47,959 nt of DNA from Vicugna vicugna (GCA_013265495.1 MU058781.1:5225091-5273049); one strand, 5' to 3'; positions 23,345-34,599 are shown, counted from the stretch's first letter. Program-made: numbers and translations. The notes: generated by a model from the sequence alone, not told the origin.

Positions 23345-24854
23345 CTCCCCGGCTAACTTAGTCATGCCTTCTCTACTCCTTTTATCTCTTTACTTGGTTC
23401 TTGCCTCTATTACTGCTCAGATAATATCAGATCCCATAGTGTTTTCTTGCTCATCTATCTCTCCTACTAGAAAAGACAGTCAAAGTCCTTGAGAGAAGGA
23501 ACCTCAAGAGCCTCAGAGCCCATCAGAGGATTGAGAACATAGCAGGCTACGTCCCTGTGGGTGACCTGATTAACATGTGGAGGGACAGGAGTGTGCCTGT
23601 TACTCTCCTGAGCCATCTTAGGTCTGTGACTATCTTATAGGACCATCCTAGCTACCCTCTGTGGCTTAAAAGCATTAAAGATGATGTCAAGAATAAATTT
23701 TTTTAAAACTTATATTCTGAATGTATCGCCATGGAAATGACACATCATGATCCCTTTGATATTTCCCTGGCTATGGTCAACTTAAAGGCCAAGGCAACAA
23801 TCTTCCCCTAAGTATCAAGACTAGAGAGAGAGGTAGGAGGAAAGAGAAAATGTGCAGAGCTATTTAGAAGAGGCACGTTAAACCAAATATAATTAAAGAA
23901 GGGATCAGAATATGTAGCACCTGTTATTTTAAGGAAAATAAATGCATGAGATTCAGATTTCAGCATGACAGAGAAAAAAAGGGGATGTTTTTCACATTCT
24001 CCACAAGATGTTCAGCAAGATGAATCTGTCAAGAAATGGGGGGAAAGGTCACAGGAGAGCCAACGGAAAGTCATGCATGGAATTCGTTCTGTCACACGGC
24101 ATCATTTCAATTAAAATACTTCTGGGGGACTGTCATTTAGACTCTTTTCAGAATCTTTTATATAGAACATTGACAGGGCTTGTTTATTCAATAGGAGAAC
24201 CTCTGAAATCTTCCCATTAGGTTTGCAGTCTGAGATAATTAATGTATGAAATGGTCTATTGCCTCTATTTTGACAGGAGCTGCCTAGAATGCACGAGAAC
24301 TTGATGGTAAACAAGTAGTGAGTCCTCTGGGATGCCCAGAGCTTGTTATTCTACTGGATGGAGCCACATCTGGGGTTTGGTCCATGCCACACTGGGGTCA
24401 CACGGTTCTGGAGACCAGACACACTCCCAGAACAAGAAATGGGCTGGTGGGAGAAGTGTGATTCAGGGGAGCATGGCACAGACAAATCATGCTCAGGATG
24501 AGTGGTGGGTACAGTGTGGGTTCGGAAACCAGCTGCAGATGGGGAGGCACCATGTGGATTTTTTTTGTAATGGTTGTTGATTTCCTGGGTATAAATATTC
24601 CTGCCATGGCTTATTTCAATTCACTAGCAAAATTCTTGAAAACTTCATGACTAGCTCTTGTTAGCCAGCACAAACCAGCTCCAGCACACGTTGGATGGCA
24701 GCCTGTTGCAAAAGGCAGACACCAGGGGGAATGCATGATAGGCAGAAGTCCAAACTGAGAAATTACAGGAATAGACTGCAGGCAGGTCTAAAGCCGGAGC
24801 TTGTCTGGGGGCATGTGTGTCTGGGAGACTGACCCACAATTTACCAGTCTTGCA

Positions 24855-24906
24855 ATGACCTTCAGGAATGTGCTGTGGTTGCTGCTAGTTTTTTTGCATC
24901 TGGCAG
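24855..24906 (+). CDS. Hypothetical signal-peptide exon (MTFRNVLWLLLVFLHLA + 1 nt); unverified
   Basis: ATG at 24855, hydrophobic core, perfect CAG|GTGAGT donor in phase 1; no recognised homologue. Confidence 0.25.
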
Positions 24907-24980
24907 GTGAGTGGACATATGGCTAGAGTCTCCAGAACTGGGAAAAACCAGGAGAGGACTGGATAAAATAGTGGTGACTT

Positions 24981-25030
24981 TTTAATTTAATTTAATTTAA
25001 TTTAATTTAATTTAATTTAATTTAATTTAA
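24981..25030. repeat. (TTTAA)10 microsatellite
   Basis: Ten perfect units counted. Confidence 0.98.
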
Positions 25031-25034
25031 TTTT

Positions 25035-25245
25035 TTGATGGTCTTCTGTGTGCCAAATACCATACTTGTGTATGTTTCTTTAAATCTTCCTGACAACCTT
25101 GCAAAACTTGTCTGTTATTTGTATTTCTTAGATGAGGCAGGTAAGGTGAAAAGGGGTTAAGTACTTGCCTGACATTGCTGGTAAGTATCGAATGCTAGGA
25201 TTGGAATCTGGGTGTCTCTGACTCCAGAGTCACTTCCTACAATTG
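25035..25245 (-). mobile_element. MIR
   Basis: aatcttcctgacaacctt...gatgaggcagg...ggggttaagtacttgcctgac...ctgactccagag. Confidence 0.75.
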
Positions 25246-26295
25246 AGCTGGGAATCAGGGGAGATCTGGGCATTGGGGGGGAGATGTGGGCAGTAAGAGG
25301 CTGGACAAACTAACCCACTACCTACAGGACCTTCTTTCCTGCAAAGCAGTGTCCTAAGCTTGTGTCAAAGGCAGACTAGATTCCAGAGGCTGTCACAATC
25401 CCAGAGTCCTAATTCATGGGGTTTGGCTTGGGGCCAGCAACTGAGGCCATCGGTGACACTCGAAGTCAGATGCTAGTCAAGTTAGTTTCTGGGCACTGAG
25501 CCCATTTGCAGCAAAGACGTGAACCCCACAGATTGGGGTTTAGGGAGCTGGATATGGCCATAAAAGGGAGGGGGCCATCCAGATGGAGGCATAGGGTCAA
25601 AAGCACAGCTGGAAAGAGTGGGGTCCAGGGCAGAGTTCCAGGCTGGACTGCAGGAGGGTATTTCAGGAATGTGAGAGCAGGGAGCCTGATGGGTGACAGA
25701 CGGGTTTGTCCCCTAAGTAAAGATTACACAGTGACCACCACATGATTACCTGACCCTCTCTCCCAATTTGTGGAGGCTATTTTAAGGGAACTGTTATTGA
25801 ACAAAAAGAATGATCAGAGCAATACAGATAAACATCAGCTCCAAGGTCCCTTAGGAACTGAGCTGGTAATTTAATAAAGCAATTAGCCTTGGGCACCCTC
25901 AGCTGATCAAATCACCACCACAATATAGTCATTGTGCATCTGGAGACTCCTTGTGCCCTGCGTGGCTCTGTGTAGAGCTGAGACAGAGTGACACTGTCTT
26001 GGCCGATAACCAGAGGTCCCAACCCTGTACCGTGGTGGTGGTGGTGGGGGCAGTGCTTGGGAGCGTTGCAAGGATTCCGGGAATCCCTCTGTTATGTATG
26101 TGTTCTCATTCAGCAGCTCCTCAAATTACTCTCCTGTGGACATTTTACTTATATTTGAAAAAAAAAAAAGCATTTTACACTCCAAAAGAGGAGAATTGAA
26201 ACAGGAAGGTAACAATGGAAACAACCAAATAATTTAAAAGCAAATTATTTTCATTAGTGAGAATGGGCAGCCTAAAACCTTTCCCCAAAACACTG

Positions 26296-26531
26296 GTGCA
26301 TGCGTATGCACACATGTGTGTATGCATGTGTCTATATGCATGTATATGTATCTGTGTGTATAAGTACATACATGTATCTATATGATATGTGTATGTATCT
26401 ATATATGTGTGTGCATATGCATGCAACTCTATGTATGTGTGTGCATGTGGACATGTACCTCTACGTATGTGTATGCACGCATGTGTACATATGTATGTGT
26501 GGTGTGCTGTGTGCTTGTGTGTCCCTGTGTG
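26296..26531. repeat. Alternating purine-pyrimidine (TG/TA/CA) low-complexity tract, ~235 bp
   Basis: Seen directly. Confidence 0.95.
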
Positions 26532-27811
26532 AAAGGGGAGAGAGGGAGGGAAGGGAGAGGCAGAGGGGAAAGTGAAGTAGGTCATGGCCATGGGGCTCTG
26601 TGGAAAGCCAAGCAGGAGCTGACTGTTGGTGAGACGGTAGGGACAGAGCCAGATGGAGACAGTGATATGGGCTGAGATGAGAGACGAATCAGAAAATTCA
26701 ATGCAAGGTCTGAGGAACTGTTGGCTTTTCCCCAAGGTTCTCATATTTCTCAACAGGCTTCTGGTTCCAAAAGGGCCCAGCTCATTAGGGACCATCAGGA
26801 ATTCCTATCAGGTCCTGACCTCCAGGAAAGAGAAGAGAATGGAGAAGGCTCTGGGGTTGAGCGCCTTCTTCACAGTCAGTCGGGCTAAAGGGGCATTCAC
26901 GAGCTGCTCAGCACCTGGCTGGCTTCACTCCTTCCCTGCTGGGGAGGCGTGGGCCGAGCTCAGGAGCAGGCCGCCTGGGGCAGAAAGCGGGGAGTAGGGC
27001 ACCTTCTGCAGCACTCACTCCCACGTCCCCTGGGCTGTCACAGAGTCTGCTGGGCCTGCTCCCCACGGGGATGGGTCAGAGGACCCACTGCCAAGTTCAA
27101 ATGACTGTGCTCTTCCAAACAGCTCTTCTCCGTTGCCCTATCACATGGACGTTTTACCTAAACATTTCATTTGCTCTTCTTGTAAGGTGGGATTGTCATG
27201 AATGTAAAAGCTGGAAGAGAAATGCTTAACTATTTCTATTTATTTATTTCTTTTTAGTATTTTAAAAAGGATTTCTAAAATTCTAGTTTTAAATTCACTA
27301 TGTGAAGAGCAGTATATTTAAACCCTGTATTTATATGAATGAAGACAAATGAAAGATTAGAAGAAAAATATTTCAATTTTACATGAAAACTGAATATTCT
27401 AATTATGAGGAAATTTTTACGACAAATGAGGGCATTGGGCATGGAACTAATCATCTCTTTTAAATCATAGAGAAATGTACCAAATGCCTACAGAAAAAAA
27501 ATATGGCTTTACAATAGCCTTCTTCAGAATGCAATCATCTTAAGTATTGTCTTGCACATTGATTAACTCAAAAGAACTTGGTCGTGAATCTGCTCTCTTT
27601 TCTGAACAGGACACTCATTCATCACTATTCTACTCTTTTCCTTTCTCTTAAAATGATAAACTTTGAAATATATTTTAGATAGGAGTTTTCAAGTTCATTA
27701 GTATAGAATTCTCATAACTTTATTATAACTCATTGTTAGTCACAAAAAGAATTTACATTCACAGTGAAACAACTGTAAGAAATAAAAAATGAAAAGTAAA
27801 TCCTTCCTTAA

Positions 27812-28715
27812 ACCTAATTAAACTTATAAGCTTCTGCACAGCAAAGGAAACCATAAACAAAACGAAAAGACAACCTATAGACTGGGAGAAAATATTTGCA
27901 AGCGATTTGACTGACAAGGGCTTAACTTCCAGAATATATAAACATCTTATTATAACTCAGTAACAAAAAAACAAACAACCTAATCCAAAAATGGGCAGAA
28001 GACCTAAACAGGCATTTCTCCAGTGAAGACTNNNNNNNNNNNNNNNNNNNNNNNNNNNNNNNNNNNNNNNNNNNNNNNNNNNNNNNNNNNNNNNNNNNNN
28101 NNNNNNNNNNNNNNNNNNNNNNNNNNNNNNNNNNNNNNNNNNNNNNNNNNNNNNNNNNNNNNNNNNNNNTGCTGGAGAGGGTGTGAAGAAAAGGGAAGCC
28201 NNNNNNNNNNNNNNNNNNNNNNNNNNNNNNNNNNNNNNNNNNNNNNNNNNNNNNNNNNNNNNNNNNNNNNNNNNNNNNNNNNNNNNNNNNNNNNNNNNNN
28301 NNNNNNNNNNNNNNNNNNNNNNNNNNNNAAAACTCTAATTCAAAAAGACACATGCACCCCAGTATTCACAGCAGCACTATGNNNNNNNNNNNNNNNNNNN
28401 NNNNNNNNNNNNNNNNNNNNNNNNNNNNNNNNNNNNNNNNNNNNNNNNNNNNNNNNNNNNNNNNNNNNNNNNNNNNNNNNNNNNNNNNNNNNNNNNNNNN
28501 NNNNNNNNNNNNNNNNNNNNNNNNNNNNNNNNNNNNNNNNNNGTGAAGTAAGTCAGAGAGAGAAAGACAAATATCATACAATATCACTTATATGCGGGAT
28601 CTAAAAAGTAACACAAGTGAACTTATTTACAAAACAGAAAGAAACTCATGTACACAGAAAACAAACTTATGGTTATCAGGAGGGAATGAGGGTGGGTAGG
28701 GATAAACTGGAAGTT
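27812..28715 (+). mobile_element. LINE-1 ORF2 3' fragment, truncated at both ends, with N-runs 28032-28169, 28201-28328 and 28382-28542
   Basis: aagcttctgcacagcaaaggaaacc...; KTLIQKDTCTPVFTAAL and EVSQREKDKYHTISLICGI are ORF2 C-terminal peptides. Confidence 0.96.
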
Positions 28716-29120
28716 CTAGCATTTGGACACAAGTGAAGTCGCAGACCCACAATCCTGGGTATGCTTTAAGAGCTAAATGGCTTAAATAAGGTATTCAACT
28801 CAACTGGCAAAAGGACCATCTAATGTAGAGGTGGGATGGAGATCAACATCCCTTACTCAGCTCAAAAGCAGAGCAGTGCCTGCAGTTTGAACAGAGGGCT
28901 GTCTTGAAACTCTCCAGCAGCAAGTCCTCCCAGGATCATCAGGAGACTCACTTGTTGCTGATCAGACCTAAGCATCTGTACCTTTTCAAGAAGAGGCCAG
29001 AATTCACAACCCGGAGGAGGCTGGCTCAGTAGGCATAGGGCTGTAAACTGAGATGTGACTTGTCTTTTGCCAAACCCCCAAAGTCCCGAAGACTTGTACT
29101 GATGTACATTTTCAAAATAA

Positions 29121-29362
29121 GAGGTGGAGTGGGAAGGGATAAATTCGGGAGTCTGAGATTTACAAATGTTAGCCACTATATATAAAAATGGATTTTAAAA
29201 AGTTTCTGCTGTATAGCACAGGGAACTATGATCAGTATCTTGTAATAATCTTTAATGAAAAAGAATATGAAAACGAATATATGTATGCATATGCATGACT
29301 GGGACATTGTGCTGCACACCAGAAATTGACACATTGTAACTGACGGTACTGCAATTAAAAAA
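29121..29362 (+). mobile_element. Short 5'-truncated L1 3'UTR
   Basis: gggataaattcgggagtctgagatttacaaatg...ctgtatagcacagggaactat...gcaattaaaaaa. Confidence 0.92.
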
Positions 29363-29401
29363 GGGGGGAATGGGTGGTAATAAAGAACAGTCAACATTCC
29401 A

Positions 29402-29490
29402 GAAAGGAAGGAAGGAGGAAGGAAGGAAGGAAGGAAGGAAGGAAGGAAGGAAGGAAGGAAGGAAGGAAGAAAGGAAGAAAGAAAGAGAAG
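29402..29490. repeat. (GGAA)n microsatellite; 13 perfect units at 29417-29468
   Basis: Counted directly. Confidence 0.98.
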
Positions 29491-30514
29491 ACACAGCTTT
29501 TACTATCCTGAGAACCCCTCCTCTTACTTGAGCGGCTGCAGTTACTTGAGCCTTGTACCTTCCTTTTCCTCTCCAGCCTCTCAGGGACTTTCTAGAGGGT
29601 GCCTCATTTTGGTTGATGGTCCCTCAGACACATGGGCACTCTTACTGTCCATATGCCTTGGAGATGCTCTGGGATGCCCTTTACTGCTCTGGGATGCTGG
29701 TACCTTCCCTCCTTTCTAATCTATAGTGACGGAGGGACCCCATTAACAGATTCTTACACTGTGAGCTGTTACAGCCTCTGTACTAAGAATTCCTGGTTTC
29801 AAATATAGCCTTTTTCTTCCTAGAACATCCCTGGTGGCTGGATCTGTGCTTGTGTCCAAGTATTTGTGCACTTGTCAGTGTGCTTGGAATTGCTACCTTG
29901 TCCATTTGGAGACTCTGTTGCCTGTCAGGTCTGCCTGATTTCTCTTCCCCATGGAAGATTTCCTCCTAAGAACACCAGTTTTCCTCTTAAAACTTAAATT
30001 CAGATGGCCCCAACTAAGTTTACCAAACACACCTGAACTTCAGATGAAGATGTATTTCTAGATAGTTCCAAGGCAGCTTCTGGGCTCCCCAGTAAATCAG
30101 TGATTTTAAATAGATATTAAGGTAGAAGGGTATTGCCAGAAATATTCCCATCTCTGATCCAGCCACTGAGGAATGTCTCTGTAATACATGTGACTAAATT
30201 GTTCTTAAGAAATGATGTGTTCATTTCGTTTCCAAGAGAAATGCCTACTTCCTTAAGCCATCAACAATATTAGACACATTGTTAAAAAAAAAAAGGATTT
30301 TGTCAATTAAGAGGTAAAAAAATAGTATCTGGTTCTTTTTATTGGCAATTCACTAGTTATTAGTGAATTTGAATGCTTCTTTAAACGTTTATTATTTGTT
30401 TTTCTTCATTTGGCAATTATCTGTTCTGTTCTTTTGCTTAATTTGAAAAATCTTGAAATAGACATCTTTTTCTCATTAACCTTCAAGTTTTAGGGATGTT
30501 AATTAACCATCTGT

Positions 30515-31086
30515 TCATCAGGTGGGATACCTTTAGTTGCAAGCAACAGAAAATTGAACGGATTTATAATTTATAATTAAAATGTATAAATAATTTATAA
30601 ATAAGAAGACCCAAGTATCGCAGCTCTGAAATTGGTTAATTCGGGTGCTTTATGGCCTCACCAGGGACCCAGGTTCTTTCTGGTCCTTCCACTCTGCTAA
30701 CCTTGACACATGGCCTTGTTCTCAGCCTCACACCTTCACGGTCTGGAGATGGTGGCTTGTAACTGGAGAAATCACCTCCTCCTCACAACAATATACAGAG
30801 GCAGAAAGATACTCTTCTCTTTCCTGAGTCTCTTCTCAAGTTTGAGGAGAACCTTTCCCAGAAGCCCTCATGCAGACTTCACAGCTCTTTGAGAAGAACT
30901 GTGTCACATGCTCACGATGGCACAGTCACAGGCAAAGGAGACCACTGTGATTGGCTCAGATCAATCACCACTCGACCCTGAATCCCATGAGGGAGGAGTG
31001 GATGGATACCTAAACAAAACAGGGCTCTCTCAGCCAGGAAAGATGGGGACTGACCTTTGAATTTGCTTCCAATAGTTTCTGCCACA
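30515..31086 (-). mobile_element. Old MaLR LTR (MLT1J/K-like)
   Basis: ctttagttgcaagcaacagaaa...gggacccaggttctttc...cctttcccagaagccc...gtgattggctcagatcaatc. Confidence 0.8.
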
Positions 31087-31481
31087 CCTTAGGACTTTCA
31101 TATGAAGATTCTAGTTTTGAAACAAAAATAGTAGCACATCTGAGATCTTTCTCAGAGCAGAGGCCATGATGTCAGGGAAGTCTTCTCGTTGCTAACACAC
31201 AATCCTTAGCAGAGGTGCCTGCATTTCCCTGGGTGGGATGGGTGGGGCTCAGAAGAGAGATTCCTTAGCTTAATTAGAGTGGTCCCTCTGCATAGCTCAG
31301 ACTCCCCCAGCTTAACCGTCAGAGGCGTTAAGATCATAGAGTCCGAAAATATTTCCTTTTCTCCTAAGAACTGCTTGGAGTTCTCAAGGACTTCATTTCC
31401 CTGAGGGGAGTGTGAGGTATAGATCTAGTCCTCATCAAAACCAGTTCAGACATCCAGCATGCTCCCCTACTCGCTTGGCAG

Positions 31482-31978
31482 GTGTATATCTCCCGTGGCT
31501 GCTGAAACAAATGACCATAGACTCAATGGCTTAAAACAACACAAATTTATCATTTTATAGTTCTGGATGTCCAAAGTCCATCTGAAGTCAGCCTCACTGG
31601 GTTGAGATCAAAGTGTCTGTAGGGCTGCCTTCCTTCTGGAGGCTCTAAGAAGAATCTGTTTCCTTGCCTTCTCCATCTTCTAGAGGCTGCTCACATCCCT
31701 CGGCTCATGGCCCCTTCATCAATCAACAGAACCAGCTCTGGCGGCTTGAGTCCTTCTCATCATGTGTCATTCTGACCTTCCCTTCTCTCTCCCTCTTCCA
31801 CTTTTGGGAACATTGTGATTACATGGGGCCCACCTAGATGATCCGAGATGATCTCCCCCATCTCAAGGTCACCTGATGAGCAATCAGTCCCACCTGTAAC
31901 CTTATTTCCCCTTTGCCACGTAACCTAAGGTAGTCATAGGTTATGGGGCTTAGCAGGTGGGAATCGTTGTTCTGCCTC
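31482..31978 (-). mobile_element. MaLR solo LTR (MLT1C/D-like)
   Basis: ggcttaaaacaacacaaatttatc...ctggaggctctaagaagaatctgtttccttgcc...ccatctcaagg. Confidence 0.92.
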
Positions 31979-32120
31979 CTTTTTCTTCCCTCCTCTCTAA
32001 CCCTTACTCAATGTTGCTGTGGTATGTGTAGTTCTCAGAGCGTGGTAGTAGAGGTCCTTCTGGCCTCAGAATAGTCCTGCTTTGTTTTTCTAGAGGCCAT
32101 TTCATTGTTCTCCCTTTCAG

Positions 32121-32513
32121 CCCATAAGGTCCGTGCTTCTGGCTTCTTGCTGAAGACACAAAATTTGAAATCAGATCGAAGAGCAGAAATCTCTCTTCTT
32201 CCAGGCTTTCTAAGCCTCTCTGCTCCTAAGAATCGATCTCTCGATCCAGCTGTCCTTTACAGGATCTCTGTCCTCTGGGCTCCTGTTTCAGGTGGTCCTG
32301 TGGGTGTGCATCCCTCTTTCGTATGGCCTCCTTGTCGGGATAAGTCCATCTTGGAGCAGAGAATGTGCTTACTTTACTCCCTTTTTGACTTCCTTCTTCA
32401 CGAATCTGTGGGAAACACATCTTGGGAAGGAGTTAGCCCTGCTCCAGGCTCTGGCAGGTCAAACGAGCTGTCCTTTATATTAGAAATTGCTGCAGGGCAG
32501 GTTATTTCAACTG
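32121..32513 (+). other. Candidate 393-nt phase 1-1 exon, open reading frame throughout; unverified
   Basis: Acceptor ttgttctccctttcag at 32120; donor CTG|GTAAGA at 32514; lies within ORF 32105..32524. Confidence 0.2.
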
Positions 32514-33421
32514 GTAAGAAGTGATAACCTTTCACTCTTTTTTCCCTCTTCTTCCTAATCTCATTTGTTATTCAACATGCTTTCTTATCGTTCCATAATC
32601 CAAATTAACCACTACAAGGAAGACAGAGTGCTCACAGGTGGGGCAGCAGGGCAGCAGAGAGCTCGTAAAAAGCCAGAAAACAGATGGGATCTGTGCACAG
32701 TTGGCCTGTCACTCACATGCCTTGCACTTGGCCTCTGTAGGTTATCAGTGATCTGGGAAACATAAAAGATGCACGTTATTTCCCTATTTTTGACTGGTTC
32801 AGTGTTATTTGGGTCCCAGCAACATAAAAATGTCTAGATAGAAAGCTCAATGAACTCTGACCTCAGAACTCAGACTAAAAATCCTGGATCCTTAAGTGAT
32901 CTATATTTTGCCAACTGTAGATCCATTTTGCGACTGAACGTGTTAGAGGAAGCCACACAGCCCTCAGGCCATGTCTGAAACATTACTCGGCATCAAATTA
33001 AAAAAATTAACATGTGTGAGTCCTGCTGATTTAATTTTCTTTACAAACTGGTGTGGGAATCCTTGCCTCACAATCTATCTGAGGTTTCTACACCCAGGAA
33101 TGGGGGTGGTACCTGACTACCCCTGGAGGCATTTGAATAATCAGTCACTGGCTTCCAGAGATGCTACACTCAGTTGCTCAGGGCCTGTGTGTTTTTTGAA
33201 AAACTGAATCCGACAAAGGATTTTTGGGTAGGCATCTCTGCTTCTTAAACTGAACACCTGGTTTCCATGAAACCCCAGGCCTTCAAGTCTCCTTTCCAGC
33301 TAAACGCTAAAGAAGGCACCTGAGGTTACTTCCACAACAGACAAGAAGCCTGAACAAGGGATTGAAGGGAAACAGCTAGAAGGGGGCAGGGGCTGGTGTC
33401 TCTCTCTTTCCTTTCTCCCCG

Positions 33422-33441
33422 TGTCATGCCCAGGCATGACG
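33422..33441. promoter_or_regulatory. p53/p63-like response element (two CATG half-sites, no spacer)
   Basis: TGTCATGCCC AGGCATGACG; four outer mismatches to RRRCWWGYYY x2. Confidence 0.3.
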
Positions 33442-34004
33442 GTTCGGCTCTGCACTGTCAGTCAAAGCTGTTGCCGGGCATTATTTTCTTATCGTTTATT
33501 CGCCTCTCTTGCCATCATGTCATTTCTTAGAGCCCTCTAATTACCCAGCGGCGTGCATCTGGGCTGTCAACAGGCTCTTCTGAGTGAAATGTAACTAAAT
33601 AAATTTCTGTAATGAGGAGGGACCATCATCCAAGGTGGGTCTATGCCAATCTCTTCCACATGCTCGTGGGCTGCTTTGCCTATTCATCACAATGCTAATC
33701 AGACTTGGCTCCAGAGGGGGCTAGGGCTTGACTCTCACCTTGCATTTGAAATTAAGCCCCCACTCCCAGGAAGCCCTGTGCTTGCATAAGACAACAAAAC
33801 CAGCTCTGAGAATCTGGAGGACGCTCCCCTCTTGAGCACACCCCTATGAGACAGAGCTTTGCCTGTTTGCCAGCTCGACTCCCTCCTGTTTTAAAACATT
33901 AAGCATGTAAGCAGCCCTCTGGAGCTGACTTATGATTTTCGTGGGTATTTTGAGGGTTTGGTCCTTTTTGCAGTCCTTAGGGGATTACCCATTGTTTCCC
34001 ATGG

Positions 34005-34340
34005 GAGGCAGAGAATAATGCCGCCTCCTCCCACCCCACCACCCCACACAGAGGTCCAAGTCCTAATCCCCTGAACCTGTGACCACGTCACCTTACAGGG
34101 CAAAGGAGATTTTGCAAACTTTAATTTAGGTTGAAGACCTTGAGGTGGGGAGACTATCCCGAATCACCTGGGTAGGCCCAATGGAATCATAAGGGTTCAC
34201 GAGGAAAGAGGGAGGTAGGAGAGTCAGAAAAATAAGTGAGGACAGGAGGAGAGGTCGGAGGGATGCAGTTGCTCACTGAGGGTCACAGGCAAGGTATACA
34301 ATCAGCCTCTAGGAATCGGAAAAGGCCAGAACACAAATTC
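34005..34340 (+). mobile_element. MaLR LTR 5' part (MLT1D-like)
   Basis: gtccaagtcctaatcccctgaacctgtgaccacgtcaccttacagggcaaaggagattttgca. Confidence 0.88.
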
Positions 34341-34508
34341 ATATTTTCTTTTTCTCTCTGTTTTAGGGGTCTAATACTCAACCTTATCTTGAGAAGCTAT
34401 AAACTGTGCTAGAAAGAACACAAAATTGAGTTAGGAGACCCTGGTACTAATCCTGGCTCATGAAATATAAATGTCATATAAATGCTAATTGTTATTGTTA
34501 CGATTAGC

Positions 34509-34596
34509 TTTTTCGGAGAAGGGTAATTAGGTTTACTTGCTTAATGGAGGTACTGGGGATTGAACCCAGGACCTTACCACTGAACTACACCCTCTT
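34509..34596 (-). mobile_element. Vic-1-like SINE with a 22-nt internal deletion
   Basis: ggtaattaggtttactt...ggaggtactggggattgaacccaggacctt|accactgaactacac. Confidence 0.9.
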
Positions 34597-34599
34597 CTT

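Noticed and set aside
24720-24735. CTCF-like ACACCAGGGGGAAT
   Set aside because: Lacks the conserved GGC ending and the leading C
26175-26795. Longest ORF (206 aa, His/Thr/Tyr-rich)
   Set aside because: Product of the alternating purine-pyrimidine tract, which is poor in stop codons
32230-32285. LDPAVLYRISV resembling the fibronectin type III LxPxxxYxxxV motif
   Set aside because: No upstream conserved Trp/Pro strand pattern in frame; one short motif is insufficient
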